From Eledone cirrhosa (lineage: Eukaryota), in assembly GCA_964016885.1 (NCBI GenBank), contig OZ024744.1:77004001-77068000 (forward strand): a stretch of 64,000 bases of DNA, written 5' to 3'. The number at the start of each line of letters is the position of its first letter. Within the stretch, counting starts at the first letter, position 1. The translations under genes and the position numbers were made by a program. The notes under the pieces are model-generated. The model was not told the origin of the DNA and did no database searches. It saw only the letters and a program-made list of their open reading frames with translations. Of this stretch, positions 1 to 15,009 are shown in pieces.

Positions 1-291
1 GGATTTACAGAAACCCAAGAAGCTAGATTTACCATCTTTCTAGCGGGTCCGGGTATGCTTTTTACATTCATTTGATTTATTGATTTATTGATATTCTATC
101 TGAGTGTCCCGAATCTTCCAGATCGCAATTTTTCGGTCGTATGGTTGATTATAGACATGTTCTATGTGTGACGGTATTTTAACGATAGTTATAGCTCTGA
201 TTTATCTGAATTATTGAGCCCTCTGCCGCTCATTTCGAATTTTGTTTATCGTGAACTCGTACGCCGATTTTTCGATACTCGATTATTCTAC
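1..291. repeat. Dispersed ~300-bp non-coding repeat, unclassified; second copy at ~44968-45300
   Basis: Colinear shared blocks (cagaaaccca, gggtccgggta, tagctctg.tt.atctgaat.attgagc) in both copies; both end in a TA-rich microsatellite. Confidence 0.6.
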
Positions 292-763
292 TATATATAT
301 ATATATAAATGAAAAATGGCGAGCTGTGTTGTTGCAAATATGATTCCTCTTTCTCTCTCCCCCTTCTCTCTCCTTCTCCCTCTTACTTTCACTCACCCCC
401 TCTGCTAGTCACCCTCACTCGGCTATCCTGTTCCTCACACTTTCACTCACTCACTCTCTGCTACTCACTCTTTCTCTCACTTCCTCCATCGTCCCACACC
501 GTACGAAATTCTTTCCTCGCTCACATTCGCACGGCCAAGATATGTCTTTTGCCTTCTCGTCAATATTTGCACGTTCTTATGTTCAAAATGAATTATAAAC
601 ACATTCGTGTTTATTTACCTGTCTCTCTTTCTCCACCCAACTCTTTTTATCCCAATAACTTAATTTAGTTATTGCATTGCCCTAGCCGGAGGTATATGGT
701 CTGTAATGCGAAGAAATACCTATGATGGTTAGCAGACCACTGATGACGGATAGTCCTGGCTCT

Positions 764-828
<65 letters not shown>

Positions 829-984
829 GAATATAAAAGAGAGAAAACATACGTGTTCAAATCGTAAGGGACCAAGTTCTTTAGGGTAAAAAAATACTAA
901 CTATTAACAATATGGTTTGCCAGACTCAATTTAAAATATTAAATTAAGAAAAAGAATACAAACCTATATTGGGCAACTGCCTGA

Positions 985-1062
985 ACACCCAAACAGCTTA
1001 TGGTAGGCTATTTCGCAATTTTCGCAAAGGAAATTATTAATACTTTGCTCATCAGTGGCTGT
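985..1062 (-). ncRNA. Hammerhead ribozyme type I, decayed
   Basis: Minus strand ACAGCCA-CTGATGA-GCAAAG..CTTTGC-GAAA..GCTGTT-TGGGTGT; stem III disrupted by a duplicated TTGCGAAA. Confidence 0.65.
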
Positions 1063-1413
1063 AAAATTAGTAATCCCTTCACTTCTAAGTATCTCAGAAG
1101 ACTGAATAGTAGGCGAATATAAAATAACGCACATGGCATCAGAACCTAGCGTGTCTCATAAACGCATACTACTAAAAATAGCAGCCAAGTTTACACGACA
1201 TTTAAATTAGCTCGACAAAAATTGAAGGAGCCGACTATATCAAAGGTATATATTGAGTTAGAAACTCAAAATAGTCTCTTATAATTAAATAGCTCAAAGA
1301 AAGAGGTTTTTCTGAGCCGTGTAATATAATTGAATATAAAAGCGAGATAAACACAGATATAAACATACATGTGTTCAAATCGTAAGGGACCAAGTTCGCT
1401 AGGGTGAAAATAA

Positions 1414-2259
1414 TCTATATATCTAAAACAGAGAATGTCTGTCTGTCTCCCTAAACTCGAGAACCACCCAACCGATTTTTTTCAAGCTTTACACATGTAA
1501 TAGTTATGGTCGTGTGAGTGTTTTGAGCAAAAAATATTTCGAATTTTCAATGCCCTAGGAACCGCATTAGGCGAAAAACCGCATATTTTAGGCTTTAAAG
1601 GCTTTCTAGAGATATAATGGAACAATAATCCAGGTGATTTCTTCAGAATTTGCATTACTTATGTCGTTTAAAGTGTTTTGAGCAAAATAGATTTTCTCAT
1701 TGTTTGCAATTAGGTGGAAAACCGATTTTCTGAAGCATTTTGGTTGCGTTAGGGCCTGTAACTCGAGAAGTACCCAACCGATTTTTTTTTAAACTTTGCA
1801 TATGCATCACTTATGTTTCACAAATTTTCTTGACTGAAAAAGATTTCAAATTTTTACCGGGTGACCGAATTGTTTAGCATTTTGGTTGCGTTAGGGCCTG
1901 TAACCTTAAAAGTATCCAACTAAATTCATTCATGCTCTCCACCACTGCAGTCCCACGTGCTTACATCTCTGTAACTATTGCTTTCATTGTAGCATAGCAC
2001 AACAAATACATGTTCGGTTTGTCGAATGCCTTTTTACGTAACCCTATCGTCTTGGATTTCGTGGGTTGAACATTTTACTTTCAGGCACCCAATTAAGTTA
2101 AACCCCTGGTAATCTACGACGAATTTTTTTATAAGCACAAAATGTAGACACCATCCCCAGACCGAGGTATTCCGTACTTCTCTGTACTGTTTCAGAAAGG
2201 AGAGATAAACATGCCAATCTATGTTTAGAATCCCGAGCAACGCCGGGCCGTTCTGCTAG
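1414..2259 (+). mobile_element. Non-autonomous Helitron
   Basis: 5' TCTATATATCTAAAA..GTCTGTCTG; 3' hairpin CCCGAGCAACGCCGGG then CTAG; inserted between A1413 and T2260 with no TSD. Removing it restores aaaataa|tactaactatt as in the upstream repeat copy. Confidence 0.85.
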
Positions 2260-2489
2260 TACTAACTATTCACGCCATGAAACCGGGATAATTACCGGCC
2301 AAATGAGCCTTCTGGCTTAAGACAGACTTTAGACTTTAGATATACACACACACACATATGTATGTGTATATATAGAGATAGAAAGAGATGGACATAAAGA
2401 GGAAGAAGGAGAGAGATAAAGAGATAGATTTCTGTGTACATGGTCTATGTCAAATAGAGCCAGTGACTTAGATTGAAAGCAGACAGTAA

Positions 2490-4447
<1,958 letters not shown>

Positions 4448-4702
4448 CCTTATGTCTTATGTACAAGGTCTATGTTAAAGAGAGCCACCGGAATGAGTGA
4501 GACAGAAAGCAGACATTTGAAGATATGTAATGTCATCCAATTCATTTGTCAGAAAGACAAGACACATGTTGGAGGATTAAGGTTCAATGTAATAACATTT
4601 CTTGACTGGAAGATGTCACTTTCAAGACACAGTCTATTCGCTTTTTACGTGAAGATGCGTTCGTGAAGGTAAATTCGCGTAATTCAAGTCTTATATTTCT
4701 GA

Positions 4703-5175
4703 CTAGTAAAAGAGCCCGTCGTTGCCGGGCACACTTTTGGCCACTGTAAATAAAGACCCTTTCTCTCCCCTCAACATGGCTATCTTTAAATAGCCTCAGA
4801 AATCTGCTATTTTAGGGGAGAGTAAAATTTAACCTTTTTGCATTTAAATCGGCCATATCCGGCCAGAATTCTCTCACCTCTTTCTGTTCAAATTGGCTGT
4901 AACCGGCCACTCATACTAATTGTTCTGAAAATAAATAATATCAAAATCTCAAATATTCGATATTATGAGAGATATTATATGAGATAAAGCCTTTACTGCG
5001 AAAATATAATAGCATATATAGAGTAATGCATGTCAATGTATAGTTAAACTATACATTGACATGCTCCGGGAACTAAATAACATATGTATCAAATTTGAAC
5101 AAAATCGGATGGAAACTGGAGATGCATAAACTGCATACAGACAGACGGACGGAGATTCTCGTTTTCATATATAGA
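4703..5175 (-). mobile_element. Non-autonomous Helitron
   Basis: Minus strand starts TCTATATATGAAAAC..GTCTGTCTG and ends with hairpin GCCCGGCAACGACGGGC followed by CTAG. Confidence 0.75.
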
Positions 5176-5194
5176 GAAATATAAAAAAAACTTT

Positions 5195-5480
5195 AGGATA
5201 GTAGCCCACGAAGAAGACAGCTTCTCAATGGCTCTGATATTAATGTCTGGGACTTTAGCAAGTCAGAGGGCCTCTATCATCGAAGAGTGTGGAACAGAAT
5301 CGAAAGCTTTCCTGTAGTCCAGCCAGATTGTAGTCATATTCCTCCAAAATTGTCGCACCTTCGACATCGCAGTTTTGTCGATTAGAAGTTGTTCAGCACA
5401 TCCCCAAACCCTTCTTTCCAGCTGCTTGTTCATCTGTGATGATGTTATTATTTTTACATTGATCTTAGAGGAATAGGTTC
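5195..5480 (-). pseudogene. RT fragment of an R4/Dong (or NeSL)-like non-LTR retrotransposon
   Basis: Manual translation with frameshifts: NNIITDEQAAG..GCAEQLLIDK..RNMTTIWLDYRKAFDSVPH. Confidence 0.7.
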
Positions 5481-5483
5481 AGG

Positions 5484-5690
5484 CATGTATGTATGTATGT
5501 ATGTATGTATGTATGTATGTATGTATGTATGTATGTATGTATGTATGTATGTATGTATGTATGTATGTGCAGTATGTGTCTATGTGTGTATGTGTGTATG
5601 TATGTATGTGTGTGTGTATGTATGTATGCATGTATGTATGTGTGTGTATGTATGTATGTATGTGTGCATGTATGTACGTATGTATGTATG
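5484..5690. repeat. (TATG)n microsatellite
   Basis: Direct reading. Confidence 0.95.
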
Positions 5691-5749
5691 TTCTTTCTCC
5701 CTCGCTCTCTTTCTCTCTCTCACTTCTCTTTCTACTTCTCTTTCTCTTT

Positions 5750-8400
5750 CACCTCACCAAGCAAGCTCGGTGGGGTTGCCGGTTTAGTCGCCGACGACCC
5801 GACCATGCGATTTGAAGCACAGGCATCGCCTGATCGATTTGGATAAATTATTTGGAGCATTGTGGCTGGGCGTAGCCAAAAAAGGCAAAAATTATTCAAT
5901 GATGAACCATGATAATGTACAAATAAATCGCAATGGGGCCTCTGGAACTGATGGTGAAAGGGTCTGGCCCGTCAGGTGTCGCATGGCACCGCAGCATGGG
6001 CCAGGTCGTCATCCTGCCACTGCGAAGACGAAGAAGTTAAAACCTATGAATATCGGTTGCTGGAACATCCGAACCATATTAGATTTTGTGTCTTCAGAAT
6101 CCCGACCAGAAAGAAGACACTTGACCAGTTTCCAAGTGGCATCTGTGATCGTTTCATGTCAATGAGAATTCCTTTGGTGTACAATCGCTACCTTACCATT
6201 GTCAGTGTATATTCCCCGATGATGAACTCTAATGAAGACGAGAAAGTCCCCTTTTACACGTCTTTGGAGGATTTACAGGTCAAAAAGATTCCTTCAGCAG
6301 ACAAAATTGCCGTACTTAGTGATTTCAACGCACGCGTTGGTAGGGATTATGAGACTTGGGGTGTGATCGGCAGACATGGTATAACGAAATGTAACAGCAA
6401 TGGTCTCCTCTTGCTATGTGTGTGGAGTTATATTTGTTCATTGCAAGCACGATGTTTCAGCAAAAGATTAAGTTCATGACAACATGGATGCACCCTGGGT
6501 CGAAGGTCTGGCATCTGATCGACTATGTTCTTGTGAAGAAATGTGATATGCAGGATATCAAGCATCTGCGTGTTCTGCGTGGCGCAGAGTGCTGGGCAGA
6601 CCATCGTCTGGTGCGCGCCAAGGCAAATTTCGTGATCAAACCTCAAACAAGAGAAAATGGAGTCACAATTCCAAAGCGCTTGAATATAGATCGTATGAAA
6701 GATAAGGGTGTCGAGAAAGACCTGTATCGCAGGCTTGAAAGCATTGGTTATGCGAACAACTGGAATGACTTCAGGAGCTCGAGCTATGAGGCTTCAGCTG
6801 AAGTCCTTGGCTTTGTCACAAGAAAACACAAGGACTTGTTTGATTAGACATGAACAAAGACATATCAGTAGACCTCATGTAGATTATGATCTGAAAAGGT
6901 GTAAGGAATGTGGCAAGGAGTGTGTTAACATGAGAGGTCTTAAAAGGCACATGAGAACACACAGCCAGAACAAAACAATGTAAAGTCCCAGAAGAGCCTA
7001 CAGTTGCCATGTGTGTACCAGATGGTGCAAGTCTTTGGCTGGTTTAAAGAGCTACATTCGTGCCTCACATTTTTGAGCATTTTATCAGGCGATGGCAATG
7101 CTCGAACATGAGTTTGCGTCCATCATGTACTTATGTATATATGTATGTGTGTATGTGAGTATGTATGTATGTATGTATTTATGTGCGTGTGTATGTATAT
7201 ATGTATGTGTATGTGTCTGTGTATGTATGTGTATGTGTCTGTGTATGTATGTATATATGTATGTGTATTATGTATGTATATAAGTATGTATGTATGTATG
7301 TGTATTATATATGTATATAAGTATGTTTATGTGTATGTATGTATGTATGTGTATTATGTATATATGTATATTTAGGTGCGTATGCACGTATGTATGTATG
7401 TATGTATGTATGTATGGGTGTGTGTGTGTGTGTGTGTATGCATGCATGCGTGTATGTACGTGTGTATGTATGCATGTATATACGTATGTATGTTTGAGGA
7501 AAAAGACTTGAGGTGGTGGAGAGCTTGGTGTATCTCGGAGTACACTTACTAGAGATGGTACTCTCGATTGGGAAATAGATCACAGGATTGCGAAAGCAAG
7601 TCTTGCCTTCAGGAAGCTTGAGAAGCGAATCTGATTAAATCGGGGTATCAGGAGAAACACAAAACTCTCTGTGTAAGAGGGCTGTGTTCTTATTGTCCTG
7701 CTGTATGGATGCGAAACGTGGACATATTACATGCATCATATCAGGCAGTTGGAAAGATTTTATCAGTATTGTATCCGACGCATCCTGAACATCAAGTGAT
7801 ACTCTTACACACCTGACGCTGCTGTACTTGAGAAAGAAGGCAGCACCAGTATTGAGAGGAGAATTCTTATGAACCAGATGCGCTCGGCTGGTGATGTGGT
7901 CAGGATGGAGGATGGAAAGCTGCCTAAACAGTTATTTTAGGGGGAACTGACCAGAGGGAAAAGGTCACAGTATAAACCAAAGAAGCGGTTTAAGGATGTC
8001 ATAAAAAGCAATCTTAAAGCTCTGAAGATTGATGTGAAGAACTGGGAGACATTGGCTGAGGGCCGTACATCATAGAGAAAGATCAACAAGTATGGATAAT
8101 ATGTCTTTGGGAAAAAGTGAGTGGAGCATGCTGTTTTGAAATGTTCAATTCGTAAGTAGAACTCATGCAAAAATCCAGTAGGAATTGAAGTGCATTGTAT
8201 GGGGACGATTTCTTCTATCAAGAGCTGGATTTGTCAACCATCCCTACTCACTGCTATCGGAGCGGAGTTGGCTGCCCGCAAGTGTGAACCCCGCGAGGTG
8301 GAGTAGCTGTTCCAGGGCGTCGCCATCGCCAACCTCCGAGGCAATGTATTCTCCATCCTGTCGACCGGCACACAGAGGCGGGGGTTGGCTGTTGTCAAAT
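5750..8400 (+). mobile_element. Decayed, internally deleted RTE (BovB-like) LINE with a nested RTE 3' end
   Basis: APE motifs MNIGCWNIRT, SDFNARVG, WHLIDYV, ADHRLV (6046-6847). RT C-terminus HRIAKAS..LLYGCETW..LPKQLF (7495-8240). Nested C2H2-finger 3' end plus (TATG)n at 6848-7495. Confidence 0.85.
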
Positions 8401-8797
8401 GAAAAGAATGAAAATGAAAAGGAAACACTTTTATATGTAATCACACAAACACACGTACGTCGACAGAACCACTGGCCTTTCTTAGATTTTATAAAAGGAG
8501 AAGGGTTGGTGTCTGTGACCTTTTCACAATTTCTCGAACTATCTGCTTATCTATTTGATTATCTATGTATCTATCTATCGATTATAACATAATACTTGCA
8601 AAAACAGAGTTATTATTTTTAAAATCAATTTCGGAATTTATACATAGACATTCTCGTTGAATGTGAAAGCGTAAGTATTTTATTTACAAGATCAGTGAAT
8701 TCGAATATGAGGCGTCTGAAGAAGATTGGTAGTTACGGTGTTGGACTGCTTGAAAAAAAGAGATATATTATTTTTGAGAGAGGTGTAAAAGTAATTA

Positions 8798-8965
8798 CCG
8801 TATTTCCCGGCGCTGAAGACGCTTCGTCCTCGAGGATGCACCCTTATTTTGACAACCAAAAATTTGAAAAAAAATAATGAACACCCTTCGGCTTCCAGGA
8901 CGCATGGTAGATTTTTGAGACTTATTTTAGGGAAAACGTAGCGTCTTCGACCCCCGGAAATACGG
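8798..8965. mobile_element. MITE, Tc1-mariner/pogo type
   Basis: TIRs CCGTATTTCCCGG..GAAGACGC / GCGTCTTC..CCGGAAATACGG flanked by TA duplication. Confidence 0.85.
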
Positions 8966-9112
8966 TAATATATGGGATGAGTACTGATGAAATGTCGCTC
9001 GCCTATGGTCTTTGATTTTGGTCCTACTATTCAACATGTGATATGTAATGTTACAAATAGCTGTTAGGTGTGAAGTACTATCTCACAACAACTGCCATTA
9101 TATTTCATAACA

Positions 9113-9335
9113 GGGCGGTGGATTGGCAGTATCGGTAGATAGACGGACACAATGCTTTGCAGCATAGAGTTACGGCCCTTTACGGTCTGAGTTCAAAATC
9201 CGGCCGACGTTAACGTTGCCTTTCATCCTTACGGGGTCGATAAAATAAAGTAGCAGTCACGCACTGTGGTCGATTTAATCGACTTTCCCCAGCCCCACAA
9301 AATTGCTGGTCTTCTGCCTATATAAGAAACCATTA
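9113..9335 (+). mobile_element. tRNA-derived SINE family 1
   Basis: A-box-like TGGCAGTATCGG, B-box-like GAGTTCAAA, core GGGGTCGATAAAATAAAGTA; TSD CATTAT(A/G)TTTCATAACA; other copies at 31906, 33232, 38189/38388 and 63487. Confidence 0.85.
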
Positions 9336-9587
9336 TGTTTCATAACAGGGAACAGATAAATTAGTTTTGATCTTTTATTAACCGTGAGTATATTATTGAG
9401 CGAAATTAATATGCATGACAATTTAACACCTTTGGTGGGCGAGCAGCCCTTACTTGATACACGTAGATTACACGACCCAATAACACTGAAACTCGATGCT
9501 GAAGCTGTAAGTCAACTCTGACGGTCACTCTCTTAATTCAGATACCATCCGATTTATCAGATATTTGGGTTAGAAGGGCCTTGTTTA

Positions 9588-9858
9588 AGATCCATCCACG
9601 ACAACCTCCACCTCATGCGATACATTGTGGAGAAAGTAGTTAGGGAACCAGGTACAGGTGCGGACTTGATCAATTTAAATCACTCGAAAACATTCGATAG
9701 GGTCGACCATCGGTAATTGGCGGCAGTCCTGGGGGCGGCCCGTAACTGATGATGCTCAAGCATGCGCTCAGGCTACGGTATCTTCAACTCTTCGTAGACG
9801 GTAAACAGATGTGGTCCTCGTTTGCTACACACCTGTTTCCCTAGCTCGTCTCCTTGAC
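9588..9858 (+). pseudogene. Internally deleted Tx1/L1 ORF2 fragment
   Basis: RSIHDNLHLMRYIVE, FDRVDHR and KHALRLR match ORF2 at 47621-49471. Confidence 0.8.
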
Positions 9859-10626
9859 AGTGTTATAGGTGGCGCTCAAATGCAATTTATCTGTGTGGAA
9901 CATTTGAACGCCACCTATAACACTTGTTGCCATACTGTGATGGATACATGGAGTTCCACTATATGATCGCTTTATCTGGCTCCCGCTATATCTGACTCGG
10001 CTTACATTCACTTAGGTTGATACCATTCTTAAACTGTTACCTCTGGAATCCTCTACTGTCTACAACCATATGTACTTGCATTTTTTTGCATTGCTTATAT
10101 AATGTGTTATCTTTTATGTTTCATTTTTATTTTTATTTTTATCACCTATTTTTTATTCTAATGTTTATTTTTATTTTTATTATTTATTATTTTTTAATAT
10201 TTCCTTATATTATCATCACTTTATTGTTATGTTTATTTTATCCTTACTTCTAGACTCTACCCTTTACGTTTTATCTCTTATCTTTAATTTCCTTATCTTT
10301 ATTTTTCCTTATCTTTAATTATTTTTCCTTATTTTTCCTTATTTTTCCTTATTTTTCCTTATTTTTCCTTATCTTTAATTATTGTAACTGATTTTGGTCT
10401 TAATATGTATCGGCTTCTATCAGTGACGCGTCATCCAAGCACCCCACTCTTCTTAGTCTTCTGTGCTACATATGGATCGTTCTTGTGATATAGGTCGGTA
10501 TAGTTTATACTATTGATCTAATTCCTCTTTATAATGCTCTGATGACTCCTGCAATTATGCAAGGACGAAACACTGTCAGCAAATAAAGATTAATTGATGA
10601 TGTAAGCGCTCTTTGTTTTTGTTCCA
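9859..10626 (+). mobile_element. PLE-type 3' remnant with a 5' 24-bp inverted repeat and terminal HHR
   Basis: Inverted repeat at 9859-9923, T-rich UTR, HHR, ends in (TA)n. Confidence 0.55.
10535..10581 (+). ncRNA. Hammerhead ribozyme type I
   Basis: TGCT-CTGATGA-CTCCTGCA.TGCAAGGAC-GAAA-CACTG-TC-AGCA; first stem II pair is a C.C mismatch. Confidence 0.75.
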
Positions 10627-10803
10627 TATATATATATATATATTTTTTTTTTTATTTTTTTTAGTTTATGTTGGTTGTATACCAACACCTCAGTATGCAG
10701 ACTGGAGCACTCGACGAAGTGCACAGGTTGGTTTGGTTACTCCGGAGTAGTGTAAAATAAAGTTAAATAAAAGTCAAATGATTAAAATTTAGCTTCGTTT
10801 ATT

Positions 10804-10858
10804 ACTGCTATATATATTTCAGTGACAGCCATCTTTGGCTGTGACCTCTTCAGGCAGT
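10804..10858 (-). ncRNA. Hammerhead ribozyme type I
   Basis: ACTGC-CTGAAGA-GGTCACAGCCA.aaga.TGGCTGTCACT-GAAA-TATATA-TA-GCAGT. Confidence 0.85.
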
Positions 10859-11064
10859 TTGAATTAGTATGGTATAGACAAGTACATATGTTGTTTAGGT
10901 GTATAATATTGTCAATACTCTGATATGCCCAGTTCCTGGTTGGGTTGTTATTTCACTGAGGAACTGGAGTCATAACAACCCAACAAGGAACTGGGCATAT
11001 CAGAGTATTGACAATATTATACACCTAAACAACATATGTACTTGTCTATACCATACTAATTCAA

Positions 11065-11119
11065 ACTGCCTGAAGAGGTCACAGCCAAAGATGGCTGTCA
11101 CTGAAATATATATAACAGT
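11065..11119 (+). ncRNA. Hammerhead ribozyme type I, inverted copy
   Basis: Same as 10804-10858 with one stem I mismatch. Confidence 0.75.
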
Positions 11120-11163
11120 AATAAACGAAGCTAAATTTTAATCATTTGACTTTTATTTAACTT

Positions 11164-11388
<225 letters not shown>

Positions 11389-11430
11389 ATAAATATATAT
11401 TTATATATATATATATATTTATATATATAT

Positions 11431-11725
11431 TATAAAATAACAGGAGGCTGGACTGGTGTAATTCTTTAAAGGTTTATTATACTATGATCATTTCAATGAC
11501 CGGGTTCAGTACCGGTCATTGAAATGATCATAGTATAATAAAGCTTTAAGGAATTACACCACTCCAGCCTCCTGTTATTTTATAATAATTAACTCCGTAC
11601 TCGCACTACCAACTACACAAACGAAGACGAGTGAGTTGCATTACGTCGAGTGCTCTCCATAATATTACATCGAGGTTGACCATACGGAATGACCAGTTCT
11701 ATCCAGTGGTGAACTAACAAACCTA
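11431..11725. mobile_element. Fold-back mini-element with a half HHR
   Basis: Inverted arms spanning 11431-11584; contains GAAA-TGATCA-TA (HHR 3' half); unique tail; TA flanks. Confidence 0.65.
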
Positions 11726-11756
11726 AATAAATAAATATATATATATATATATATAT

Positions 11757-11918
11757 ATAGGAACCAGTAAGACCCCGACAGCTGAGCTCAAGCCGTTTCG
11801 AAACGGCTTGAGCTCAGCTGTCGGGGTCTTACTGGTTCCTATTACCCACTCTACTACCTCAAGTATTGAGTACTTTGGTGCGTTATGGTCCACCTGGTTC
11901 CTTACCACATTTCCTTCG

Positions 11919-11920
<2 letters not shown>
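11757..11920. mobile_element. Perfect 86-bp palindrome plus tail, with a half HHR
   Basis: 11757-11842 is a spacerless palindrome centred on TTTC|GAAA; GAAA-CGGCT..AGCTG-TC resembles stem III and a cleavage site. Confidence 0.7.
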
Positions 11921-11970
<50 letters not shown>

Positions 11971-12179
11971 ATAATAATAAATGTGACGATTAAAATCCAA
12001 AGAGGGCTCGATAAGGATATATATATATCAAATATATAAGAACCCTAGAGCAAACATTTATTAAAATAACAGATTAAAATTTAAGCAACGAATCGCGGCT
12101 TTCACCCTTAACGGGATCTTCTAAAACGAAAAAAAAAAGATTTTTTTTTTTCTAAAACTAAAAGAAAAAAGATTATATA

Positions 12180-12251
<72 letters not shown>

Positions 12252-12256
<5 letters not shown>

Positions 12257-13064
12257 GTGAGGTTTTTTTTACAAAATGAAAAATACCCGAGGTGTCCTAC
12301 ACGAGTGAATGTATAAAGAAAAAAAGATGAAATAGAAAATGCAACTGGAGTCTTATTTTTTAAAAAATATATATATATTTATTTGGTTCCTTTACCGGTT
12401 TCGCAGTTCTTCTGCTTTTCAAAAGTAGGGTTGAGATGGAGGGTCTGTGGTTTTTCTCACATCTGGTTGGTCTTTGAATGTTACTTGTTTTATATGGAAA
12501 AAAGTGGCTCGAAACGCCAGGTTTTTAGAGAAGTAATTTGATTAGTTGGTCAATAAGTATAATAAATTTCGCGCCAGTTCGCGTTACAAAGTTCTTCAAA
12601 CAAGAGGGGTGGACTCAGGTTGTTTTTTCATATATGAGTGTTTGAATTTCTTTTTACTTAAAAAAAGGGGACTCACGAAGGCTTTTTTTTAATAAACGTA
12701 ATTTGATTGGTTATAAATGAAATTATGGCTGTCACGTGAACAAGTTTTCATTAAATTTCGTGCCCGTATTTGGAAATTTATTTTGTAGCCTTTTTAGAGA
12801 ATTTTATGACAAGTAAAAGATAATGGTCAAGAGAAATGGGATGGGAGAATTGTTCTGGTTCAGTGAATATGGTTAGTTCGCTGGGGGTTTTTTCCATATA
12901 AAACAAGTAACATTCAAAGACCAACCAGATGTGAGAAAATCCACAGACCCTCCATCTTAACCCTACTTTTGAAAAGCAGAAGAACTGCGAAACCGGTAAA
13001 GGAACTAAATAAATATATGTATATTTTTTTTAAATACGACTCCAGTTGCATTTTCGATATCATC

Positions 13065-13068
<4 letters not shown>
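12252..13068. mobile_element. Fold-back element with a degenerate HHR
   Basis: Inverted arms ~12322-12503 and ~12888-13068; TTGAAAA-GCAG.CTGC-GAAA-CCGG-TA. Confidence 0.65.
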
Positions 13069-13112
<44 letters not shown>

Positions 13113-13116
<4 letters not shown>

Positions 13117-14941
13117 GAAATATTGAAGAATAACATGGTCGGCTGTACAAAACGGGTTTTATAAATGGTCTATAAAAACCAAACTACCTTCTACATTCTT
13201 TAAGATAATTGACAAACACTTCCCTAAACTACACAAATACCATAGAATCTTTAACAGAAAAACTATCAAACTCTCTTACTCTATTGCAGCCAACATAGAA
13301 TCACACATACATAAAATCAACTATAGAAGAATCTCTAAAGAAAATAACCTACCAACATACACCATAGCACCAAATACAAAACGCAAACACATAACAACAT
13401 CACAACCACACACACGTCAGGGCGCATCGTAACAAAACATCAATAAGCCTAAATCTCAGCCCATCCATAACACCATACAAAACCGCAACGGAGAACCTGC
13501 TCACAGGAAGGCCTCCAAGTGTAACAGCCACCTGCCGGATAAGTTCCCACTACAAAATAGATGCCTGGAATCAAGTATAGTGTACCTGTGTACTATCAAT
13601 TCGGGCAACTTAGCATGGCACTACATAGGTTCTACGGCTGGGGAATTCAAAAAAAAAAAGTATGTTCACAGACATTCTATGAAAAACCGTAGACTAGAGA
13701 ACTCTGGCAGCTTAAGGACACAAACCAGGAATATGGCATTAGCTGGTCGAAATTATCGGGAGCAAGGGCCTATAACAACGGAATGTCCCACTGCGAACTT
13801 TGCAATATGGAGCTGTTCCATATTTTAAAGTATGATAAAATGCTGCTTAACAACAAAATAGAAGGATCAATTTTCTGTAGGCACAAAGCAGCTCCCAAAT
13901 TTCAAACCTACAAGATTCGATCCAGCAATCTCAGAATTCAAGCAGAACCACCCGGATTTTAGTGTACTAACTACAAACACCCCACTGTTATTAGCTGTCA
14001 ACTGACCAACTGGTCACTAAATCAACATCATAAATCTCCCAACCTTTCTTTTACTCTCTCTCCCTAAATTCACATCACCGCCATTAAAATAAAACAATCA
14101 GCCTGGCAGGCATTAACCACACATATCAGCAGTACTCCTCTCAATGTTTATTCTCTATCTACCTATCTACCCCTTTCCCGTCCTTAGCTCTACCCCTTAT
14201 GTATCATCCTCATATCACCACCCCCACTATCTGTCTCCTGTCCTGTATCGCTTCCCCTCTCACTTCATTTTTATTTATTATTTTTTATCTTTTATCTGTT
14301 ATCTGTTACTATTTTTTTTTTTTTACTCTAATCCTCTGAGATTTGACCACTACGTATGTATGTATTTAATGTTTCTTTTCGTGTTACTGTTATATCTACT
14401 GTTATCACTACTTTACACATACACTTACTCACCACAGTCACTTTAACCACCACCACTATATCAGCAATCGTATTCTGTAGTTATTATTTTTTACTTATTT
14501 TTTACATCTTTATCATCTTCACTCCTACTTCTTTATTATTATCTTTTATTATTGATGTTATCGTTTTGATTCTCCGTTGTATCTATAAATACCAATGCCA
14601 TGTGTAAAACCTCCAGTATTCCGAGGATTTGATCAGAGGCAAACACTGTATTTAAGGTCGAGTGACATAACTTCGAGTGATTAGCGGCCTTTAGACTCAC
14701 CTGATCAATGAAACAATTGTTGATACTAGAAATAAAGCCCTTTTTGTACAGCCGACCATGTTATTCTTCAATATTTCACTATTATTACTCCAAAAATAAC
14801 CTGTATAGGAATTCTCATGAACTCCCTAACTAACTATGGAAACCTCTTGTTGAGTCAAATAACGCCGTACACTAAAACTATCCACAATACAGAGTACTCA
14901 CAACCACTAACTGGAATAATCTAAAACGATAACTTGCTATC

Positions 14942-14944
<3 letters not shown>
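13113..14944 (+). mobile_element. 5'-truncated decayed Penelope-like element (GIY-YIG end) with short inverted 5' copy
   Basis: KIIDKHFP..HRIFNRKTIKLSYS; CLESSIVYLCTINSG..YIGSTAGEFK; 13113-13160 is the inverse of 14732-14781; TA flanks; derivative at 43656-43852. Confidence 0.85.
14616..14726 (+). ncRNA. Decayed HHR with 82-nt stem II
   Basis: GTATT-CCGAGGA-TTTGATCAG...CTGATCAAT-GAAA-CAATTG-TT-GATAC; core has a T>C change. Confidence 0.55.

Positions 14945-15009
<65 letters not shown>

Larger units (their letters stand above)
822..2340 (-). mobile_element. Non-autonomous HHR-bearing PLE-type element with partial tandem (pLTR-like) repeat, interrupted by a Helitron
   Basis: 822-900 is repeated at 1324-1413 and 2260-2270 (period ~502 bp); flanked by (TA)n; same family as 59281-60160. 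Confidence 0.7.

Noticed and set aside
735-765. CTGATGA at ~740 (also ~8984 and ~9746)
   Set aside because: No stem II plus GAAA and no closing stems, so not hammerheads.
5769-5826. Possible HDV-like ribozyme at the RTE 5' end
   Set aside because: Only an imperfect hairpin is evident; L3, P1.1 and J4/2 consensus could not be matched.
12085-12125. Degenerate HHR-like motifs (also ~15075-15122)
   Set aside because: Core too mutated (TAGAAGA or TTGAAAA) to call separately.
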